Assembly: GCA_973895155.1 (NCBI GenBank)
Contig: OZ316899.1
Span: 8,926,287 to 8,990,286, forward strand
Length of the DNA: 64,000 nt
Source: Marsupella aquatica
Lineage: Eukaryota; Plantae; Marchantiophyta
Reading direction: 5' to 3'
Both the position numbers and the translations under genes were made by a program. Shown here in pieces: positions 36,634 to 50,552 of this stretch; position 1 is the first letter of the stretch, and every line of letters begins with the position of its first letter. A model generated the notes under the pieces. It was not told the DNA's origin. It saw only the letters and a list, made by a program, of their open reading frames with translations, and did not search any database.

Positions 36634-39600
36634 CTATATTATCTCTTCAACTGATTCATCTGTCACCCTTGCAACTGTTTGCTGAGCGACTAAGCTCTCT
36701 CCTTCCTCCAATGGCACAGCTCGGTTAGCAGCTGCAACAAGCTCCGCTTCAACTACCTCGTGATGGTCTACAAGATCATTGTATTCAACATCATAGATAC
36801 CCTCAACAACTCTACGAGACCTTCCCTCCTTATGAAGGACATGCCTCCATGAGGTTCTAGCCTCGTTAGGATAGAAGAAAACTTGCTCAACTTGACCAGG
36901 CAAGACATAGTCTAACTTCTTGGCTGCAGGATAAGGCATGTTAAAGTTGGCCAGCCAGAGACCAGTTTCATCATGTTTCATAGATGGACCAGTATTGTCT
37001 GGTCCCCACTTTGACCGGACCCATTTTGCCTTGAGGATAATGGCTGGTTCTAAACGCAATAGTGGTCCATAGTCAAGTTTAAGAATCTGGGTGAGAACCC
37101 CAACGTAGGTTTGCTTAGCCAAAGCAACTCCTGACTGATCCCTTCTCTGCTCGTGGAAAGTGGTGGCCAGCCCACTGTCAAATGTAGCGTACCCTTGACA
37201 ATCTGTGTCCCTGAGATGGGAGAGCTCACGCCAACTACCATCCCTTCCTTTACAGCGCATTACCCTGTAATGATTTCCATAAGCCTTCATTGAAGTATAC
37301 GTCAGACCATGCTGGCTTGGGGGAAAGGAAATAGCCGTCAACAACAACTTGTTTTCATCATCATCAAGGTTAGCTTCGGAAATTCATTCCTAAACCAAAC
37401 CCCAAAGGGAATTCCCTCCAATTCTTGAGGATAAGTTGCTGCTATACGACTGCATGGAGGCCGTGTCTGGTTATTTTGTTGGACAAAAGCTTCCCTCTGT
37501 CTTCTTCTCTCTTCCTCTGCATTCTCATAGAGCCTGCAAACCAATCCAAAAACGTACAATATCAACCACTAATTACAATATCTGAATAATTATCAGCAAG
37601 TTACAAAGTGTGTCATAAATAATAGTTGCGCAAGTAACAATTTACCTCAATCATGGTGTTACCAACAAATTATTCTGTAGGTAGTATGTATGAGCAACAT
37701 CTCGATCTACCACAGTTAGAGTGACTTTGCATGAGGCCCCTTCCAACACCACCCCTTTAACTCCTTCCTCCTCTTCAGCATCCCAAACACGCCTCCTTGT
37801 AGATTGGCAGTCTACCATATACTCTGTCACAAATCCTAAAGCCTCTTTGAGAATGTATCCTTCTGCCATTGATGCCTCTGGTCGTGCCTTGTTCCGTACA
37901 AAACCCTTCAGATTCTTGAGGTATCGCTCAATTGGATACATCCATCTTTGTGATACAGGCCCACAAATGTCCAACTCTTCCACTATATGCACCATGATAT
38001 GAGTCATAACATCAAAAAAGGACGAAGGGAAATGCATTTCCAAAGCACAGAGTGTTTGTGCTACATCTTTCATCAACGCATCCTTTGTTGTAGGGTCCCA
38101 AACTTTACAGCAAATCTTACGCCAAACTCTGCACACACTCACAATGGCCAATCGGGGTCCCTTGTCCATCAAATTCCTCAATGCCAATGGAAGGATCTGC
38201 TGCATTAGGCAATGATAATCGTGAGATTTCATACCTGCCAGCTTATTGCTAGGCCGCACACACTTAGCTAATGAGCTGCCAAAGTCTGTGGGAACTTTCA
38301 GACACTTCAAGGTTCCCAGAAATTGTGCTAGCTCTGATTTGCTCATGACATATGGTGCCTTGGGTTTCACAAAGTGATCTTTTTTCTGGTTTGGATGAGG
38401 CTTCATCCACAATTGCTCATGAACACCTTCAGCTTGCATATCATTCCGAACAGCAGCAGTGTCCTTCTTCCCAGAAGTTGTGTGGATAAGATTATGCTCA
38501 ATGTTTTTCTCCGTGTGCATTGGATCAAGGACATGATTGATCAGAAGTTTATGCGCGCCAGATATAATAGAACATGAGTAACAAGTTATAAACATGAGAG
38601 CAAAGTCTTGACCAGTCATTTCTTGTGGCCAATTAGATTCATCTACCTTCGAAATGCATAGGCGACAGATACAAAGAAAAATAAACTGACTCTGGCCACT
38701 GTGGCTCCCCTGCCATAATAAAAAACAACGATTGGTAGTGGGCTCTTTCTGAAATTTTCCCATCCCAATTGAAGTGGCCAGAGTCGACTAATTTAGAATA
38801 CAATTTAGAATACTAATGAAGAAACAGTTCTGTTAGTAACGAAATTGTAGGGTTTTGAGCAAACTCTATGGGTTTTTTAAGTTATCTTAGTCTTTCCAAG
38901 GAAGTGAAGTGGACAGGTAGCGATAGCAGATTGAGGCAACATGACCCGTAAGATAAGCGACTCTATATCGTGGTTCCTGGCCTTGGACGGCACCACAAGA
39001 AATAGAAAGGGCACTATGATGACCAGGAAAGGAGGAATCATACGACAGGCCCTTATTGCTTATCAGAATGAATTAGATTTTAATTTAGATTCTAAAGTTT
39101 TGCAGGCAGCCCTTCAAACGGTTGTAGGTAGCATCAAGAACTACTACAAAGCATTATTAATCATATCTCGCTAGTTCAAACATTAATTTACGCATACTAC
39201 AATCTTAAAACAAAACAATATATTCTAATCGTTTGATTCATTCATTTGCACAGGCCTACACAAAAACAAATACTAAAAACCCAAAAAGTACCAGGTCATC
39301 AAAGCAGGGGTAAGAGACCCTTGGAGAACTAACTGAAGAGCCGACTAGGCAAAGACCCAATTCTACAGATGCCCGTCCTCGCAGTCCCCACAATCAATCC
39401 AAGAGCCAGACTGCCTGCCAGCTAAGAGATCGCCAAACATCTATGCGACTTAGCACATTACACACTGTAATTAAACACTGTGGGCCTGTTCCCTCACAAA
39501 GACCAAGAATGTGCTCGAGCAAAACTGATGAATAGCTGTTCAATTCAAACTTCCACACGAAAGAGTCTTGTAGATAACTAGTTTAAATAAGAGAGATAAG

Positions 39601-41426
39601 AAAAGGTAAAGTGATAACTCACAGTCCAATATGGCAGCACGGCAAGACCCTGTTTCCTCTTGACTCCATGGAGCTTTGATGGGCAGTGCTTGCTTCCTTG
39701 CTTGGCCCCTTCGTTTTTCAGAAACTCTTCAACTTCAGCAGCATAAGCCAGCTTTAGCTCACATGTCATCCTGGGGGAGGGCCTCGTGACTCTATCTTTC
39801 CATCAAACTTTGCAGCATAGTCCGGAGTACAATACTTGTGATTGGCCTCCAGCCATCTACGGCTTCCAGGGAACACATTTTTTGATAGAGACTGGGACCT
39901 TCTACAAGTGACATTGGGTCCACACACTACACAACCATGGTATCCTTTGGTCACTTGACTAGAAATGAGGCCCAAAGCTGGATAGTCATTCACTATCCAT
40001 AATAGAATGGCCCTCAGTGTAAACCACTTTTGTTTACCCGGCCTATCTAGTGCATCAAAGCACTTGACTCCTTTCCAGAGCTCTGAAAGCTCTTCTATCA
40101 GTGGGGCCATGTAGATATCTATGTTACAATCAGTTACAGATTCAGGTCCAGGAATCAGTAAAGACAGCATAATAAAAAACTTCTTAGTAGACAACCAGGG
40201 AGGTAAATTGTAATTTAATAACATTACGGGCCATGTGGAATGCTTTAGATTGTTCTCACCAAACGGGTTTACACCATCCAAGGCTAATCCAAGATGAACA
40301 TTCCGTGGCTCACTCTCAAAAGTATCATCTATACTAGCTTCAATTTCTGCCCAAGCCCTTGAATCTGCTACGTGACGGACCTTTCCATCCTTGCTCTTAT
40401 TGTCTGCATGCCAGGTCATAAGCTCCGAAATGGCTTTACATCTATACATGCGTCTCAGTCTTGGTATGAGGGGAAAGTGACGGAGAACTTTGACTGCTTG
40501 CTTTGACTGCCCAACCTGCTTGTACCTAGGTTTTTTGCAGGTTGGACAGTGATCGCACTCTGATAAATCCTTTCTGAACAAAACACACCCATCCTCACAA
40601 GCATGGATTTTGACATAATCTAATCCAAGATGACCAATGAGCTTCTTACATGCATACAGATTCTTAGGAAGCAAATGCTTTGATGGCATAGTGTGTTTTG
40701 CCATCAAGGAAAGAAGCTCATCAACACCTGAGTTAGTAAACCCATTGTTATGGCAGGTGTTCAGAAAGGTCAATACAAAGGACAGCTGGGAAGTATTGCA
40801 CCCCTCATATAGAGGCGCACATGCCTCTGTAAAGGCATTCATCATTCTTTCTTCTGACTCTTGATCCCAACACTCCTCTCGACCAGTCTGCTCCTGAGCT
40901 GTGGAAGTTGTGGACTCCAAGAGCTCATCATATTAAACATCTCTTCCCCACTTCTCTCTGGATTTTCCCTCGAAGGACTTTCATCTACAGGATCACTTGG
41001 ATGGTTTTCCATTGGCAACGTCAAATCCTCCAACAACCGGGGAATTTCCATATCACAGGTTACATCAATGACAGACCCTCCTATAGCTCCAGTATCTATA
41101 TTGCTACCCTCTGATGGAGGATTGACCTCACATAAGTGTTCATTCCACTCCTCATCTGATGTGTCACATTCATCCCCCCACCAATGTCGTTGAGATGGAT
41201 GTTGGGAGTACAGTAACAGGTGCTTCTTGACTATGTGAACACTCACACGGTTACCCCTACAGTTGCAAATGGTGCAAGGGCACTTTATCTTCCCTATACT
41301 TGCAGACCTACAAGCAGCCAGCTGTCGACGCCATAATTTGTCATCCCTAATATGCAACTGAAGATCACTCCTTCGGAAGTCTCTGAATAGCCGAGACTAT
41401 CCAAAGCCTACACGATTGGCACTCAT
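36634..41426 (-). pseudogene. TnpD-like CACTA transposase (Transposase_21, DUF4218 and DUF4216 type domains)
   Basis: KCPCTIC; IHACEDGC; HFPLIPRL; LALDGVNPF; NDYPAL; DPMHTEKN; MKSHDYH; RWMYPIERY; RPEASMAEGY; LPGQVEQVFF; frameshifts near 40900 and 39766; introns near 39622-38560 and 37645-37535. Confidence 0.95.
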
Positions 41427-43224
41427 CTTTGCCAATAAACTTAAAAGACTCTCACCTTACCGGACCACGATGACATGCAGTACAGCACACCTCAAAGTTG
41501 AATCAGCGCAACGAAGCTACTGAATTTTTGCTTCAATTTGATCACGTAAGTGGGACTGCACATTGCCAAGTTCAAATTTGAACATAAGTTCTTCTAATCT
41601 ATACGTCCAACATGAGCACTCAATAATGTGAACTCCACATAGTGTTTCATTCCCTCTCATCATTTTTGCTGTATATGGAGAGTAGCATGTACTCACGATT
41701 ATATTCATTGTCACATTCTCACTTCATGCTAACCTTCTCATGTAACTGGCAGTGATTGAACCACTTCTAGGAGATGATACAGAATTTAAATCCATGGCAT
41801 CACATGCAATAAAAAGAAACCAAAGGCGTTGATACCTGCTGAGTCGAGGAGAATCTTGAAGTCTTCAAACCAAGGAGCTTGCACCGTAAACCCCTCACAC
41901 CTTCAAGGTCACGGACAGACAGCATGAAATGACATCCATCAGCCATGGTCCGAAGTAGTACTACTCCATCTAAGTCTGCTTTGAGTCCAGGATGACAGAC
42001 TTACACGCAAATAGACCACAACAAGAAGTTAAAGAAACTTGACACGCATTGACCAGGCGCGACAACAGAAGTTAACAGGGTTGCGACTGCGAGGGCGGTG
42101 AAGTTAACAGGGTTGTGACTAAAAACCTGAGCAATGAATAAGTTGTTGCTCCTGCAGTCTTGCTGCAAGTCACTGATTTGTCTGCTGACTCTACTTCAGC
42201 ACCACAACAATTCAAATAGATGGCAACCTCGATTTCCTTTCTTGCTGAGGTCCTGGAAATCACCGAGTTTACGACTTCCAAAGCGGGCGGTATGATCACC
42301 TTGTCTGTCCCACTCCAAACTTTGATTCTATCATGCAAATCCGTCCAACATTTGAAGAATGAGTTCACCAACGATTAAGCCAAGACGCGAGGCGGTTCAG
42401 GGTGAGACTTGCGACGGGCACTGCAGATCAAACTAAGAATGCGAGAATGAGCCTAAGGCAAAGAGTCGAGAAACCAAAACCAAAATGATGCGAACAAATG
42501 TAAAGACTCTGTGCCACGCGGAGCCGGGCGGGAGTAGGGATCTTACTGCAGAGTGAAACCCGCCCTCCCAATAAATGAACTTCTCATTTAATTACCATTG
42601 ACATTACCCTAAGACAACAATATTAGTGGAGGTCCTTCACTCTTACCTCAAATTCATAATAAATTCCCTCCATATCCTAAGATATTTATTCACTAGAAAG
42701 TGAACCCCTACTCCTTAAGTAGTCCCCTACAAAGTCTACCACTAAACTCCACTATCAAAATTAACCCTTTGAGTGTTTTACATAACTCATTTCCAAAGCT
42801 TCTTCCAAAGTCAAAAGGGCCATCTATCATGTAATAATTTGATGTCAATTAACCATACCCATACCCATACCCATTTTGGCCAAACTACTGGCAACATCTT
42901 AGCTAGGAAAGTGTGACAAAGCTAACAGTCTTTTGTTGGATATTATAGCCAGATTCAAAAATGGAAAGTATAGGGTGAAGATATATGGTACAATATTAAA
43001 TGCACTACCTTTCTGGTCAGACAATAGTCCAAATTGACCTGTGGATCAAGTATGTTAGAACGCAAGCTACCTCTCTTTTTGTCCACCCCTTTTTGTAAAG
43101 TGCCCCGGTCTTAAGAAAGGGTCAGATAGATTAAAATAATTAGTATTGACTAGGTACTGAATTTTAGCCTGGCCTGGGGATTCTGAAATTTACGGTCAAA
43201 CACCATTCAGCACCCACCAGTCTC

Positions 43225-44308
43225 AAACCACTCGGGTGATTCAGTGATTTTATAAAACATGGCTCGCACCACTGCAATGAGAGTGGTATAAGCAGTGCTT
43301 TAATTCTTGTCATCTCAAAGCACCTGATTATGAGTGGATTCTGAGTGGGTTCTTCAAGTTGCAAAGACCCAGGCTAAGAGGGCTGGCACATTGTATTTAT
43401 AATTTTAGAACATGGGGTGCCAATGGTAGGCTCGTGGTTTTTGGTTGTAGCCTTCCTCATTCCTCCAACTTAGCTCCATCACATTGCTCCTGAAGGACAG
43501 CTCTAACACAATGGCCTCCCAGTTTGAGCAAAACCACCCACCCCATCACACAAGAAATCAAAAGGTGCTAAGTTTTGGGGCACATAGAAGTTGAGCAACT
43601 CCTTCCACCACCTTTAGCAACATCACTCCAAGAGTTTGTGGAATTGGAGAAATAGAGTTAGTGGGTGACCCTACCATGTACCACTGGTGAAACCACTCAG
43701 ACCTCTTAGTGGTTTTATAAAACATGGCTCGCACCACTGCAATGAGAGTGTATAAGCAGTGCTTTAATTCTTGTCATCTCAAAGCACCTGATTATGAGTG
43801 GATTCTGAGTGGGTTCTTCAAGTTGCAAAGACCCAGGCTAAGAGGGCTGGCACATTGTATTTATAATTTTAGAACATGGGGTGCCAATGGTAGGCTCGTG
43901 GTTTTTGGTTGTAGCCTTCCTCATTCCTCCAACTTAGCTCCATCACATTGCTCCTGAAGGACAGCTCTAACACAATGGCCTCCCAGTTTGAGCAAAACCA
44001 CCCACCCCATCACACAAGAAATCAAAAGGTGCTAAGTTTTGGGGCACATAGAAGTTGAGCAACTCCTTCCACCACCTTTAGCAACATCACTCCAAGAGTT
44101 TGTGGAATTGGAGAAATAGAGTTAGTGGGTGACCCTACCATGTACCACTGGTGAAACCACTCAGACCTCTTAGTGGTTTTATAAAACATGGCTCGCACCA
44201 CTGCAATGAGAGTGGTATAAGTAGTGCTTTAATTCTTGTCATCTCAAAGCACCTGATTATGAGTGGATTCTGAGTGGGCTCTTCGAGTTGCAAAGACCCA
44301 AGCTAAGA
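43225..44308. repeat. Tandem repeat, about 465-bp unit x2.3
   Basis: AAACCACTC anchors at 43225, 43690 and 44154; near-identical units. Confidence 0.95.
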
Positions 44309-46683
44309 CGGGTGACATATTATTTTGACAATCTAATTTGAGTAGATGAGATGCAAATAGTGTATGTGTGCAAGTTTTTTTGTTATAACTAACAGCTGCA
44401 TGCTTCTTCACTCCTCCACGTCAGCCCCTTAGTGATATTAAATTTATTCATTTTAAGCAAGAACTAAAGATTGTCTTGCGCAAGACTAAGTGCCAAATTG
44501 ATAACATTTAAATTAATTAATTTGTGGTAGAGTTGGGAGGTAGCGATGTCCAACCACCGTATCAAACTACATTCTTTTTATTCAGATTTGTTCTGTAGAG
44601 ATTAGTTGAGAAATATTTACTTTGGGTGTATATGCTTCTATGTCCCTAGTCTAAGGTAAGAACCTTTGGATCAACGTAAGTTTGTGTGCTAGTTAAGTAG
44701 TTTAAACATACACTGTCTGCTTCTAGCATTGGTGTAGTCACTGGTGCTGCGCGTTAAGTTTAGTTCAAGAAGAGGAATTCTCGCTACGAGAAGACTTTGC
44801 CAGAATGCACTCCTTTGCCAGTTTTCCAGAATGCACTCCCCTTGCATTCCTTTTGAGTGAATCCTGAAACGCGAGCAGAGGGGACGACACACACCCGCAA
44901 GCTGTAAACCACAAGCGCAAGCTGCTGCCATAGGACTCTTGTTGAAATCGAGTACAATTTTGTAGCATAGCGGATTTCCTATAGCGGTTCATTGGCATCA
45001 GTGAGTGAGCACGCGAGAGGAAGGGAGGTGGAAGGGAAGCAAGGAAGGGAGGGGGAAAGAAAATCTGACTTCAAGAGTTCTGTCAAGGCGCAAGCGGCAG
45101 TTTTCTTTGGCACGGATCAATGCTTACTCGAAGCAATTCTTACTCAAAGCAATACGAAGGACGGATTGACGTCAAGCTTACTCAAAGCAATTCTTTCAAA
45201 TCTTAGTGATCACTCTGGCTCGGCACAAATGGAGGGCTCAGTTTCTTGATAGAAGGTCAATCACTCACCGCCCTCGCGAGCTGCGAGGCCGTCAACTTCC
45301 TAGTTTGCCACGCCCACAACCATCATCATCAGCTCTTCTCTTGAATGCTACCACTACATTTCTCATTTCAAGAAGGCGGGCAATCGCAATAGGAAGCCAT
45401 TGAGAAGTGATGACCTTCATTAGATGCGAATTGCACCTTAGCTAAGACAATTTAGGGTTTGCAGATGGAATAATTTCATGGCTGTATGGGATAGTTGCAA
45501 TTGGGAGGGACGGGTCACAGGGTCATTTCTCTCTTATATACAACGTGAGGCCAGGTCATAGGGTTGACAGTCTGGAAATTTGGAATATTTTTACAAGTGT
45601 TGTTTCTTACGAAGGAGGAATTTAATTTGGTCGCGCCCAGGTAGGCTACAGGTAGGCTACGTAAGGGGATGAGTGTGAGGTTAAGACGATTGTTGGGAAA
45701 CCTGGTGGAGGGCAGGCAGGAGGCCATTAGGATAACAGAGAGGAACAAAAAGTTTGATTCAAGCTGCTGGAATTGTTGAGGCCGACGTCCAACTTTTGTC
45801 CGCTTCCATGGAGAGGAAAGCCACAGGAAGACTTTGTATTCCCTATCTTTGTATCTGTCATCATCTACTAGCTCTTTGTGTTCCTGGTTAGACTAGCTTG
45901 GTGGTCTCTCATACATTGCACGGTTTTGGAAGAAAGTGTGGTGGCGAGTGGCTGGACTATCTACTTAATACTATCTCTCCGGTAAGTCTCATTATTTGTT
46001 CACCTATAATTAATTGGATCTATTGTCTGCTTACTCAGACAAGCGTTCAGTTTGTCAGTTTTGCCTTTCGTTCCTTGGCGACTCAGCCTAGCTACTTCAT
46101 ATGCATTGTAATATCTCGTAGCACCTGTGTCCGTTACTATCCAGAGTTTGCAATTGGGTTGGGGAGAACCCCATTGCACTGTCAACAAGAAGATTGCAGT
46201 GATTTGTCAAGGGCAATCAGCCATTAGACTCTACTTTTATTAATTAGTTGGTCACAAATGTTATTCTTCAATTGTTGTTTCAGCACGCCTGGCATGGTAG
46301 TATGTTGCTGATCAAAGCCCGATCGGACTGCATTGCAGAGTTTGCAGCTTCTCATTTGATTAAGAAAATAATGACCAATTGCAACAATTTAAGAAAAGCT
46401 GCTTTGAGCCGTTCATTGATGTACGTTGTTGATGTCTTCGCAACAAAGAAATCTGCAACAAGGTTTTGCCAAATTAAGATCATGCTTGTCGTTGAGGGGT
46501 CCACGTGCTTTCAGAGTCACTTTGTATTCTTCTATATCCCTTAGGGCTGATTGTTATACATTGAGTCAAAACTAATTCACAATATTTTTGTGGCTTTCTC
46601 AGGTAAGTTTCCTCGCTAGGGTACATCATCGATCCTTTGCAAGCAAACGGGAGACTAAGCTAGTAACTGAGTCCGCTTGCAGT

Positions 46684-47433
46684 ATGGCAATAGAGGCAAA
46701 GTTGGAGGATGCGTGGAGCACCTGTAGGCAAGCTTTTGGTGCAATTTTGTGGTCACCTGTGGCCTTAGTTTGTGACGGCCTGTTTTGGTCTTGCCTTGGA
46801 CTACTGAGCGAGTTTTTCCGCTTTTTGCATGAGCTGCTTGAGCGTCTCATTGCTGTTGCTCGTCCTCAACCAGAAGTTCCTGATTTCAGCCCTTAGTCTG
46901 CTGGTAATCTCACTGTTGTTGCTCGTCCTCAACCAGAAGGTCCTGATTTCAGCCCCCAGCCTGTTGAGAATCTCACTACTGTTGCTCGTCCTCAATCAGA
47001 AGGACATAGTTCCAGCCCTCATCCTGCTAAGAATCCAAAAGATGAGCATGGAGAGCAGCAATGGATGCATCCTGTATATGAGCACCATAGCCAGCCAGCT
47101 CAAATTCCAGCTCAGCAACCGATAGTGAGAGAGCGACATCTACTGTATGAGCATGGGCAGGCAGCTCAAGTTTCAGGGCATGGCCAGCATCAGATTGATC
47201 CAAGCTTTGATGTATTATATTTTAGATGCAATCATCCCTCCTTGCATAGTAGGAAACGGTGGTATGCAATGGGGAAAGGCCGGAATCCTGGTATCTATGA
47301 ATGTTGGGAAGAAGCAGAGCGCAAAGTCTCAGGTTTTAGTGGCAATAAACACAAGTCTTTTAGGCTTATAGAAGAAGCAGAGAACTGGTTATTGGGTCAT
47401 GTGCCGATAGAAGGTCTACATAGGAATTTATAA
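46684..47433 (+). pseudogene. CACTA cargo gene with C-terminal RNase H1 hybrid-binding / caulimovirus viroplasmin (Cauli_VI) domain; one premature stop
   Basis: WYAMGKGRNPGIYECWEEAERKVSGFSGNKHKSFRLIEEAENWL; ORFs 46588-46896 and 47065-47433 share a frame. Confidence 0.85.
46845..47020 (+). repeat. Coding minisatellite, about 60-63 bp x3 (VARPQPE.PDFSP)
   Basis: GTTGCTCGTCCTCAAnCAGAAG occurs three times. Confidence 0.9.
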
Positions 47434-47846
47434 GAACTTTTGCGGATCTAACTTGGCAGTGTTGTTGCACTGCACATTGTAATACATTTTGTAAAATTAA
47501 AACAATTTCAATGTTTATTTGTACTCACACGTTGTACAAGATGAAGTCTACTTATGGTTGAGTAACCAGCAAACTCTCTTGCGATCCTTTGCAAGATTGT
47601 ATTTCCACCAGAATATTTGTACTCCCACCCGCAGAGCTTGCGTTGTAGTAGTTCCGTGCTCATTACCAACTGGCCCATGCAAGTCCACATTTAACTGCGT
47701 AAAGAGCTTGCTACCCTGGTTGCTACTAAGAAATGATTTGTAGGCCAAATCAAACTACACATGGTCCAACATATATTTGTTCAGCAAATATATAGCAGCT
47801 GCTCAAGATAGAAGTGTACAACTATATGTTCCTGCCAAGTCTTTTA

Positions 47847-48029
47847 ATGGAAAACACTGATGTCTCAAGGTTTCTGTTGGGCCAGTCTTTTCTCACCGTT
47901 GTCCCATATAACTCTATGTGTCATAGTCATTAGCCACCATGGAAAACACCGATGTCTCAAGGTTTATGTTGGGCCAGTCCTTTCTCACCGTTGTCCCATA
48001 TAACTCTATGTGTCATAGTCATTAGCCAC
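47847..48029. repeat. 92-bp tandem duplication near the CACTA end
   Basis: ATGGAAAACAC...ATTAGCCAC twice. Confidence 0.92.
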
Positions 48030-48287
48030 AGTCACCCAAACAACTACAAAACTACCTTAAACAACTAGAATCCTCTTCATCTCTAATTAGAGTAGTTTTA
48101 AAAATTGTCCTTAGTCACTCAAATAAAACAAATGAGTTATTCTTTCTATTGCAGTGGTAAACTTAGTTGCTTTTACAAGCCAGATACCACTCTTCAAAAA
48201 CGCAGTTGTTGGGATTGCTTAAGAGTTGTTTCCGACCAGGAGTAAAAAAGGACATAGTTGTAAAAACCCAATTTCCTTCTAGTGAGG

Positions 48288-49051
48288 GTGGAGAAACGTG
48301 AACTTGAGAAGAGATTGAAGGAATTGCTCCACGGCTCAGTCTTATCAGTAATCCAACAATTGGATAATACTCTCTCAACTGCTATAGCTGGAATAGCACT
48401 CTCTATTACTGACACCCTTTAGCTTGCTACATTGACGTCTGAAGGATGGAAAAATGACACCAAGAACTTGACGAAATTGCTTCAGCAATTACCAACCAGA
48501 AGAATTTGTTGGACAGGAAGTATGAAACGATTCTGAACTTGATTGGAGATTTGAAAAAATATACTGAGAATCATTTGGAATTCTGTTCAGCCTTCACACT
48601 TGTCCAGGGTACCCCATCAGACGTACCACAGGGAGTAACTCATGTTTCAAAGGAGGACAAAGCGAATGCAGTCGAAGCCATTGCTCCCTGTGAGAAGGTT
48701 GTTGATCAACAATCGAATGTTGCTCCAACCCTAGTCATGACATCATAGGACCAGCCCTTTTATTCTCTTCTTGCTCCAACCAATGTTTTTATTGATCAGA
48801 ACAAGGCATTACCAGTAGTTGATGCAAATTGTCTTCGCGTACCTACTCCTAGACAGAAATCACCAGTTTCTAATGCTTATGACAATTTTTCCAACACTGC
48901 CCTACTACGGTCCATGACTACTCCAACAACAGATTTATTAGCACAGACTGATTTACAGAAGGAGATTGAAGTAGACAAACCAGAAACTGAGTCTGAAGAA
49001 GTGAATAAGGCTTCGCTTCCAAAGAAAAAGAAACTGAAGCGAAAACACTAG
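48288..49051 (+). pseudogene. Accessory ORF family B, 3' part
   Basis: VEKRELEKRLKELL continues the frame broken at 32227; basic tail KKKKLKRKH. Confidence 0.7.
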
Positions 49052-49539
49052 GAGATATCTCTCACGTTTTCAGTGCAGTTAGTGGAAATGATTTCCAATT
49101 CTGGTTGAAGTGACATTATGAGCATTTTCCTTGGATTTATTGCTCCTCTGGTACGGTGATGAAGAGATCTCATTTTGATGTTGAAGTATTTTGATGGAGA
49201 ATTTCTTCCAGTGTATCACTTCACTGTACACTGTTGGAGATTTATTTGCACTTCACTTTCTTTGATGCAGATTTTACCTCCCTTCAATGCCATTTCTATT
49301 CCGTGTGTTTCTTTCCATTACACTTCTCACCCTGAGTTTACTCAAACCTGAAAAGACTCACTGAATCACATACAAAGTCAACCCAAGCGCAAATTCAGAC
49401 CTGAAGTCCTCAAGTTCAATCTGTCCACTATTAATTTTTTTGAGTAAGAAATGTTATTATCTTTAGCAATTTTCACCTGAAGCATTTTTCTGAAGAAAAC
49501 TGTTTGAAGACTTACTGTTCGCGGGGTCGCTTAACATTT

Positions 49540-50552
49540 AAGGAGGGGATTATGTGGAAATCTTTTTTTGTGGAAGTATTATAAAGGAGTATTAAACCTA
49601 AACTTTTCAAATCTTTTGAAGCATTTTAAGTGACAAAATGAAGTCACTTAGAGAAGATGAAGGAGTTAAGGACATAAGAAGATCAATTTAAGCCAACAAA
49701 CTGTTTTTCACTGAAGAATCCTTTTGAAATCGACAAATCATTTTCACATCTGAAGAATCACTCTGGCGTTTTAAGTTGAATTCTGATTCAACATCTCTTA
49801 GACCGTTTTCTCTCCCTTTTCCCTAAATTGAACTCATTAGATAGAATTTAGCTTAGCTAAAACTAGTTTAGCCATCATTAGGAGTCTTAGCTTAGAAAAC
49901 TAGACAGTTGAGACTACTCACCTCTTCATATCTTCAATTGATAGTTAGTTTGGAGGTAGTTTAGCAATCTTTTCAGATCTCTTTGATCTGTGAGGGAGTA
50001 TTACATTTTTGAACTCCCAGGCAAAATTGCCTTGTCATTTTCTCTAGAAATGATTTGTGACTAGTTTGAGTCATTTCCTCATGCCAGGTTGGGCTTAGGA
50101 GGAATAATTGCAGAAATGAGAAAATGCACCACCAAAATTTCACTGTTATTCATGATTTCCTTGTGCCTTTCTTGCAAACCTTGGAATGAATAAATACATT
50201 TTAAGAAAATGTTTCTTTGGTTTTGTATGGTTTTGTATGAGTAAGTTCTGAAATCTAGAGTTTAGAGAATTGTAGTGAAATCCCTAATGTAAAACCGATC
50301 TTTGTTGAATATAAGGAATTTAGGAATGGAGCGAAAATCAAACTTCTATTGAGAAGGAGCGATAATCAGAGAGTTTTCATATTAAAATGATTGATCATAA
50401 ATATTTTGAGTGTTATATAGTAGTTGTGTAAGGAAAGAGATTTCTAAAGATCTCAAAGACCTTAACACTATCATAAGTTGATTTCCTTTATTCCATACAA
50501 GAATGAATTCAAGTTTCTAAGACACGTTTTATAGAAGTTTCATCTAAAATGC
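49540..50552 (+). repeat. PPT plus truncated 3' LTR of the 29475-49551 Gypsy element
   Basis: AAGGAGGGGA, then TGTGGAAA at 49553; right end not identifiable. Confidence 0.7.

Larger units (their letters stand above)
32228..48284 (-). mobile_element. Structurally complete CACTA (En/Spm) transposon, 16,057 bp
   Basis: Perfect 14-bp TIRs CACTAGAAGGAAAT / ATTTCCTTCTAGTG; 3-bp TSD AGG (32225-32227, 48285-48287); TnpD and TnpA inside; flanks rejoin as one coiled-coil ORF. Confidence 0.95.

Noticed and set aside
38941-39174. Antisense ORF in the TnpD intron
   Set aside because: Short, no recognisable motif, no second copy to support it
47250-47400. Endogenous caulimovirus or complete RNase H1 gene
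   Set aside because: Only the small binding domain is present; no movement protein, coat protein, viral RT or RNase H catalytic domain nearby
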